The position numbers were made by a program, and so were the translations under genes. This document shows, in pieces, positions 61,494 through 64,000 of a DNA stretch of 64,000 bases (within the stretch, counting starts at the first letter, position 1; each line of letters starts with the position of its first letter). The stretch covers positions 434,001 through 498,000 of the forward strand of contig JAYWIR010000059.1 in NCBI GenBank assembly GCA_036172245.1. The letters are read 5' to 3'. Source of the stretch: Raillietiella orientalis. Lineage: Eukaryota. Below the pieces are notes generated by a model. The model saw only the letters and a program-made list of their open reading frames with translations, had not been told where the DNA came from and made no database searches.

Positions 61494-64000
61494 GGATTAT
61501 GCAATCGGATAGTCCGCGCAGCCCGCAAAATCTGGTTTGTGCCGGTTGAGGAAAACAATAACCGCCTTCCAGCGGAATGAAACAAATTATTAGGTGGGAG
61601 CTGATTCAACAAGAAGAGAATCACGGTAACCTGGGAATGGGGCTTTGAAAATTGCAAACAGTGGTTTCGACAAGAAACAATCAAATCGAGACCAAAGGAG
61701 AATGGTATATTCAGAGGTACATGAAATAATGAGATCAGTGGAAAACCGCTAATGATGATTTAAAAGAGCTACAAATTTCAATCTATGACGGTGTAGGGAG
61801 ACTGATTGTGACAGAAGCAAAACATGGGAAGACAAGAACCTAGGTGTGAACACAGTCGATTTCAGTATGGGAATAGCGAACAGTCCTCATCCCCACACAT
61901 AGCAAAACACTCCAAATGCCGTTGTATCTCCAGCATTCATCAGATGCCTTCAATATGACTTCCCACATGATTCTGGTCATTGAAAACTCAAAAGACATGG
62001 CACAAAAGAGACGACTCAAGACCGTAGTGGAAGTATCGAAATGTCCGTTAAGGATTGGAAGTGTTGATCTGTTATGTACAAGAATTCCTGCTTCTTTAGA
62101 CCCATAGAAAAATCATTTTGCATAAAAAATCCTGAATGAAAAAAAGCAGTCAGCGGATTAAAGAGAGAGAAAAAATCGAATCCGTCTGCTTGGCATGCAA
62201 CATGAAACCATATCAGATCCATAGAGAAATCGATCCGGATGCATGTGATCAACGAAGAGAAGGGAAAAAGAGAAGCTTACTTAAAGATCCAGATAGAGCT
62301 TTGCTTAAAAATTACATAAATAATGAAATCTAATGAATTTGTTTGTTCATTTCCAACTGAGAATCGAAGAAAAGCTCCCAGACAAAGTCGTTATCCATAA
62401 TATGCTTTAATGCATTATATTATCTTGAGTCTCCTGAAACTAAACTTCTAGTACGAGAAAATGCACCAAACGTGGTTAGAAATCATCGTGCAAACTGTAC
62501 TCTATACCAAAACGCGTGTTATTGCTGATCAATTTCAGGAAACATTCTTTCTTGCCTGCTAATGTTTGAACTGGTAGTTGGCACTCTAGGATGCTGCTGC
62601 TACTAAATCAAATGGAAGCCAAAATTTTATTGATGGCGCGATTTCCTTGATTACCCGCGCTGTCTGCTCGAAGCAGTTCAAAAGAGCTCTGGGTTGTATT
62701 GATGAAAAAAGCAGACAAGACTTAGCATCCTATCACTCGAAGGAGGGCACACACATAGAGATTTGTATGGATCCTCCGCCCATGGGATAGTTGAATAAAA
62801 AAAAAGCTTAGTTCTCAAGAACTTTAGAATTTTCTAGTGTTTCCATTGAGTTGGTCATGAAAGGAGGTAGCTTTGTAGAAAGAAATTCACTTCCTCCCGG
62901 TTTCCTAAAACAAGCTTCTGTCTCACAAAACTTCAAACAAGACTGCACAGATCAGTACGCAGAGGGATAAATTAAAAGCAAGTCAAGCACAGAAGAAAGG
63001 ATTGCCATTTGCCACCGATGGGAAGCACAAGAATGGTGATTCTGTCCTTCTAGCTGGGTTCCCCTCTCGATGTGTAGAGCTTTGCTTCGTGGAACTTTGA
63101 AAAGGGAGAAGCACGCTTGCGAGGGGACTTCAGAATAGTTTTTTATTTTGAAGCTCGTGCCATTAAGAGGCTCCTATGAAAATCTTCCCTCCTTCCCTAC
63201 CCCTCCACACACACATACACACACAAAATAGGAAGAAAGAAAACAAAAAAATCGTTATTCCTGGAAAAAGTGCTTTCTACTGTAGATTTATACCTTTCAT
63301 CTGTTCAGATGCTGTAGCACGATATGGACCCATTTATTTTTCCTGCAGAACGGTAAAGCAAGGAAGAAACAGAATTTAGCTGAGTAAAAGAGTCCAAGTG
63401 TTGCCATTCGTGCAACGTGATTCACACTTTGCGCCATAAATTTCACTCGTTGGAGAGTAATCGCTGTGTAGTACAGAAAAGTTGATCGGAGCATTTCTCC
63501 AGCTGAGGCACGCAAAGACCAATAATTCAGTCATATCCTTTTTTTTTGAACAGCTATTTTCATTGCTCATCTCGGCTGAAGACGCGGAGAGCAGGCAAAG
63601 AAAGAGGCCATCGGAGACGGCCGCGGAAATGGAGCAGTCTTTAACCAGCCGATGGTGGCGCTGGGCTCATGAGACGGAGTGTAGGTTTTTTCCTAAGAGT
63701 AAAATAAGGAGCAAGGGAGGGATTTATTCTCTGTGCGTCTCAGCTTGCTATCTGATTTATGCATCCTGAGTTAGTATTGGCAAGGATAGTGCGTTTCGTT
63801 TATTGAAATTTTCCCTTTTCTTTACAAATTTCCCGTTCCTCCTGGGGATAGACTTCGAACCGAGCTCGGAGGCAGGATTATATTTTGCTTCCTCTTTGGA
63901 AACGTCTGAACTTTCTTCCTATTGGAGTTTGGGAGGAATTTTTGTTCCGCAGCCCGCACTAGGAGACAAGCGTTACTATGGAAGCATCTTTGGCTCTGTT

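Noticed and set aside
63843..63872. B-box-like GGTTCGAA on the - strand suggesting a tRNA or SINE
   Set aside because: No A-box spacing or cloverleaf could be built
1..64000. CRISPR arrays, prokaryotic operons or defence systems, rRNA/tRNA genes, conserved miRNAs
   Set aside because: No repeat-spacer periodicity, no dense prokaryotic ORFs, and no rRNA, tRNA or conserved mature miRNA sequences recognised by eye; an Rfam/miRBase search would be needed to fully exclude small RNAs

Overview
Eukaryotic animal genomic DNA, probably an arthropod given the invertebrate-type polybromo and very short introns (taxon is inference). The window is mostly non-coding, with one compact gene island. A complete 12-exon polybromo-1 (PBRM1/BAF180) gene lies on the - strand (47103->41235, about 1630 aa; 6 bromodomains, 2 BAH, HMG box, 2 C2H2 fingers). 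It converges on a small SDHAF4 (Sdh8/DUF1674) gene on the + strand (40869->41238). The two coding sequences overlap by 4 nt with interlocked stop codons (CTAA/TTAG), which forces a sense-antisense pair. Other features: two back-to-back mariner relics carrying a ~470-bp near-perfect inverted duplication that looks like a template switch (32171-33668); a 5'-truncated L1/Tx1-type LINE with a decayed target-site duplication and a terminal GC hairpin (52670-53590); several hairpins and direct repeats; and weak candidate exons of an unidentified large gene in the flanks. No prokaryotic systems, CRISPR arrays, tRNA or rRNA genes were found.
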